From the human T2T-CHM13v2.0 reference genome, Homo sapiens, in NCBI RefSeq assembly GCF_009914755.1, contig NC_060926.1: a DNA stretch of 64,000 bases; one strand, given 5' to 3'. Positions 59,068 to 64,000 of the stretch are shown here, in pieces. Position numbers and translations under genes: made by a program. Position 1 is the stretch's first letter, and every line of letters starts with the position of its first letter. The notes beneath the pieces were generated by a model. The model did not search any database and was not told the origin of the DNA. It worked only from the letters and a program-made list of their open reading frames with translations.

Positions 59068-61200
59068 AAGGATAAGACTGTGGGAGTAGATCACCCTGGA
59101 TGCAGGCAGTAGTGGGGGTACATCATCTCTAGAGAATTTAAAAATAACAAAATCAGCTAAAAGTTGGTGTGCTTCTAATTGTTACCATGAACCAGCAATT
59201 CTAATATCAGTGATAAAATTCTTCACTCTGAAAAAAAAAAATCTCTTGTTTATTTAAGTCTTTAAACCATTGGTGCAGTTACTGTTAAATTTTAATAATA
59301 CATATTCAAATTAGCATGTTTTATTACTTATCCTTTAATAACTATTGTAGTCTACATTATAATTTTCAAGACTTGCAATTTACTACAAGTTCCTGACATA
59401 TAAATGGACTTAGCTTATGTGTGCTTGTTTTGAGTGTAAGTTATTAATGGTTTGAAATTGTTCAGGCTGGAAATGATTCTGAAACTCATGCAAACTAAAA
59501 ATAAAATGACAGATAAAATATTGCAATGTTCTCAGGGATATTGATATTTTATCAAGTTACACCAAAGGAATGAATTTGCTTTTTAGAATTTCAAATGTCA
59601 TTTTGCTGGGTGAATAGGGTGGATACTTACGGAAAAGCACAGGCCCTTCTTGATGCAACCTTGAAACTATAATGTATTTTACTGCTACCACCTTTCTACT
59701 TGCTTTTAAGGACTTTTTTGATTATGTGGTTTTCTCTACTCTTTGTATATGCTTGGTAGAAATTCCTTTACATTTTATTTTTAAAGGCCATTCTACTTTG
59801 AGTTTTAGTACTACTGGCATAAATAAGCACAGTTCAGGGAAATCTTAGAGTCTTAAGCCCTAAAATAGGGAATGTACCCTGAAATTCCCAGTGAAAGTGC
59901 CCTAATGATTAAACATATTTTTTCTTTAATTCAAAAGGAGGCATTCATAGAATGTTATCAGACATATCTAAAACTTTATAAAGAATATTTGTGTGCAAAT
60001 TTCAGATAAAAGTCACCATGTTTTTGTAGATAAAATTTTCAAATTGTAGAAATCTCACTACACTCAAAGGTATGATTCCTGTGGAAAAAGTGCAAAGGAC
60101 AAGTTCCTATGAGATTTATCCTCTTCATTTTTCATGGATTTCAATATCATAGAAAAGGACTTGGCAGTGGAACTGGGGATCTATTTGCTTTATAATTTAC
60201 AAAGAAAAAGGGAGATCTTTAAAAATATTATGCTTGGACTTGATAAATGATTGTATTATACAACTTTTTGATGTCATGACCTAGTAGGTGACTAAGTTAT
60301 TCTTAGAATTATGTAACATGAACTGTAAACAGGAGGATACTTAGGTTTTTAGATTTAATATAGATAAATGGTATATATTTCTTAAGCAGGAACATTGTTT
60401 CTTCTTCCTGATTTCAGAGAGTAATCACAAAAGTTCCTTGTGTTAATTTTGAATAACTGGCAAATAATGAGAGACATCAGCCAGAAACTGGAAGCCAAAT
60501 GACAAAGATTGAGAGCACATATTTCACAATAATGACATCTTTGATAATTCTATTACATTGCTACCTTTAAATCATGGGAAATCTTCATGGGCAATTAACG
60601 AATGATGTGTAATAAGAATTACAGCAAAAAACCTTCAAAAGAGAATCTCTCATGGTAGTGGAAACAGAATAAAAGAGACCAAAGTCTCTAGTTTCTGTGC
60701 CAGGGCAAAATAATAAAGTTTGAAAATAAGATCAAGAGGACAAGCTATGTGAGACTCTCTGAGAAACTAGTTAGGACAGGCAAATTCAACAGGGAAGCTA
60801 TTTGCATTGTGGACTATAAAAATATTGAAAAGTTTATTCTTCTTAATTTTAAATTTAAAGAAGAAATTTAAAAACAATACACAGACCTATAGTATTTTTT
60901 ATATCAGATGTTATAAATATTTATACTGAAAACATATTCTCAAATATTAATTACATATTCTAAAATATTAAGAGCCTAATATATACAATTCTAGGACTAT
61001 GATGATGTACAAAAGAGTGTTCTGAAAAATTTAAAGTGTTAGCAGAGAAAAATTTTCATCACAGAAGTATTCATTTTAGACCTTAAATGAATATTGCAGA
61101 AGTATATGAACCTGAAAAGCAACCAATTCTTATTGATTGATAAGAACGTTTTATAAATTAAGGACCCTAATCTTTTGGGTGTCAGACATAATTTTTTAAA
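59068..61200 (+). mobile_element. Arthur1/MER69-like hAT-Tip100 fossil with transposase remnants
   Basis: 5' end gtgggagtagatcaccctggatgcaggcagtagtggggg...tagagaatttaaaaat matches recalled MER69/Arthur1; later A-rich stretches resemble a decayed hAT transposase; right boundary uncertain. Confidence 0.6.
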
Positions 61201-62169
61201 AAATTAAAACATTTGTAACAATGACTACTTATGAGTTGAGTACTTTACTAAGAAGTGTCAGGACTCTGCTTAATAATGAAACTACAACAATGAACAAGGA
61301 TCACATTTACTAATCTTATAAATTTTTTTTACTAGCTTCTTTCATATGTACTGTGCTTAGACATTCCTTCACTACATTAATATTTAGAAAATAGTTACCT
61401 ACTTTTTCTTCTAGTACTTACATCACCTCAATTTTTACATTTAAATCTTTGACATATTGAGAATTTGCTTTGATATATGGACGGTGGAATTTTTAAACAA
61501 TTTTACTAGCTTAGGTTCAAGTAAAATATTATACATTTATAAGTAAAATATTGAAAAATATTCAGTGCTTTCTTTTGGTTATTTCTGAATAGCATATGCT
61601 AACATTTTCCCTCCTGAACCTTCTTCTCCATTTTATAGTAATAAATTGGGGTGAGGTGGTTGGGAGAAACAGATGGTAGGGAGTTGGAATACATGACTCC
61701 AAGCTTAAATGTACTATAGCTGAAAAAGGCCACCTAGAAAATATACTTCTCAGTATAGAGCTAGAGCATCTTTAAAAAGCAGACACTTCTGAAAGGTTTC
61801 GCTAACGTAAACGGTTTTATTAGACATGACACATGAAGACCTAATTGGATTTCATTCTTCATGTTGATTTAATAATTTCATGTGCAAGTTTATGATGACC
61901 TTTAGTGTGATTAAAGATATAAATTAAGGTTAAGTGTTTATTATTTAATGAGACCATTTAAACAGCTAACATAGAGTTCCTTGCTGATTTCAGGATCATA
62001 CCATTCAAGTGTTGCCTTCCCAAGTGATTTTTCTTTGTTTTTAAAAAGAGATGTGATTGGGCTCTACCGGGTGAATGTAATGTACTTTTCTGCATATCAT
62101 ATAACATCTCACTGATTTGGTTTAATAGTAAGGTGTGAAGGAAGAAAGCACCAAGTTTGAAGTAATTAA

Positions 62170-62380
62170 AAATCTGAGTTTAGTTAATGGAAAAAAGGAT
62201 CATAAGATTTAGTAACATAATAGACTCTAAACCTTAAATAGGACACTAACCTCTGAGTTTCAGTTTCTACACGTGTAGGATGGTGATCATACCAGCTTCC
62301 TGAACCCTCAATCCTTTGGTAATTAAATAAGATACTGCATATGATGGTCTTTGCAAACTTAACACTGTATGCATATTCTC
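62170..62380 (+). mobile_element. MIR
   Basis: aacctctgagtttcagtttctacacgtgtaggatgg core. Confidence 0.6.
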
Positions 62381-62899
62381 TCTTGTTATTAATTTAAACT
62401 AAAGATAATAACAAAAATGAACAGTCTATTTGTTTTGGGTTTGCTTTATAGAAAAGACATTTCACTTATAATGACTAAATGCATTAGTTAACTCTAATTC
62501 AATTAGAATTTTTATGAAGTCTGGCTTTCTAAACAAGCTAAAAATTTCTCCTTTAATTCTAATTATTCTAAAATGTCTGAACTAAGTCATCAACTTTATG
62601 AGAAAGTGGTTTTCTGTGTGACACCAATAAATATTAGCGCATACTATTGCATTCATTATATGCACAATAATTAACATAAAAATTCATTCCTCTCATTTAT
62701 GTGTCTGATTATATTTGGTATCTTCCTTTCCATTCATTGTGTTGTTTACTTGTTAAATGGGATAATGAGCAATCTTTAATTTTTCCACTGAATTCCTTTT
62801 GCCTAAACTCCCGCTTCTACACATGTACTACTTAACTAGATTGAGGAAGAAAAATGAAACTCTCAGTCAAATTTTGAGTACAGATATATCCTTTACAAC

Positions 62900-63070
62900 T
62901 GATTTTGCTATACGGTACCTTTGCAATATTAGGCAAGATCGTTAACTACTTGGTGTCTCAGTTTCTTCACTTAAAAATGAGTACAGTAATAAGGCCTCTT
63001 GCACTGGGTTGTTGAGAAGACTAATTCACTTAGAATATAAATTGTGAAATAGTGTTCACTAATTTTATTC
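62900..63070 (+). mobile_element. MIR
   Basis: gtctcagtttcttcacttaaaaatgag...gggttgttgagaaga. Confidence 0.65.
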
Positions 63071-63671
63071 TTTATTGTTTTATCTTGATAAAAGTTTAAG
63101 AATTTCATAAATTGTTTTGTCTGTAGTCTGCGTAATTTTGAATGCATAACATCAAGAATGTGTTAATCTCCAGGTGAAACCAGTATAAAATTCCAACTTC
63201 AGTGTATACCTATGTAGGTTAAAGTGATCTTTAATGAATAATGGATTATTGTTAGTCAAGCAAGTAAATAACTATAATTTCTGCTTATTTATTCAGCTGG
63301 GGAAAAGCAGATTTATTTTATTAGTTTATTCATATTTATCCTAACCACCTCTCTGCTGGTATGCATCTCAATCAGTCAATAAGAATGGTATTTGCTAATT
63401 CATATTTTGTACATGCTGTCCACAATCCACTCCTAGGTATTCAGAGGAGGCAAGGATGAAACTGTTCAAGAGAAGGGGATGTGTGATTTGAAAGAAAAAG
63501 CTGTCTCTGAGCTACAAGTGGTGTACAAATTATTGGGAGAAATGTTACATATTCTTAAACTGTATCTTGTAATACCTTGGTAATTCAAAGAAAGGTGCTG
63601 TGCACTGGACTAGTCAGGAATGTGCCTTGGAGGAACTTGAATTGTGTCTTCACTGGACTACAGATACGTTG

Positions 63672-64000
63672 TGTATTTGTTTCCCAGGACTATGATTACA
63701 AAATATCACAAACTCAGTGAGTTAGAACAACAATTTTTTTTCTCTTATACTTCAGGAGACCAAAAGTCTGAAATCAAGATGTCACCAGAATTGGTTCCTT
63801 CATGGGGTCTCCAAAGGAGAATTGGTTTCATGCCCCTTTCCTGGCTTCTCTGGCTCCTAGCAATCCTAGCATTTCTTGGTTTATAGCCATGTCACTCTAA
63901 TCTCTGCCTCCATGTTCACATGGCTGCCTTCCCTGTGTCTGTGTCCTCTTCTTATAAGCAAACCACTCATGGTGGACTCTGGCCCACCCTAATCCAGTAT
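63672..64000 (-). mobile_element. MaLR LTR (MLT1B/C-like), runs off the window
   Basis: aaagtctgaaatcaagatgtc...atctctgcctccatgttcacatggc...ggcccaccctaatccagtat. Confidence 0.85.

Overview
Primate (human-like) non-coding DNA, AT-rich and roughly half interspersed repeats. I can support no intact protein-coding gene, RNA gene or CRISPR array. The ORFs I can assign are decayed LINE-1 ORF1/ORF2 or Tigger1 transposase fragments, or chance frames in Alu/LTR sequence. Contents: 8 Alus, many L1 pieces (one L1PA7/8-like copy that keeps its 5' end, one long L1MA host), two essentially full-length Tigger1 transposons, solo LTRs with intact target-site duplications (LTR22, LTR13, MLT2), MaLR and MER4-group LTRs, MER44, MER1B, an Arthur1/MER69-like hAT fossil, and MIR/L2 relics. 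Most L1s and Alus lie on the minus strand, consistent with an intron of a plus-strand gene; a few candidate small exons and promoter-like islands occur but the gene cannot be named. The best observations are (1) an inverted L1 pair at about 43.3-45.3 kb and 51.9-53.9 kb sharing private mutations in a ~0.9 kb tract (gene conversion, potential inversion substrate) and (2) two Tigger1 copies about 37 kb apart that look like sisters. I see no new multi-gene biological system. Subfamily names rest on recalled consensus sequences and need RepeatMasker/Dfam confirmation.
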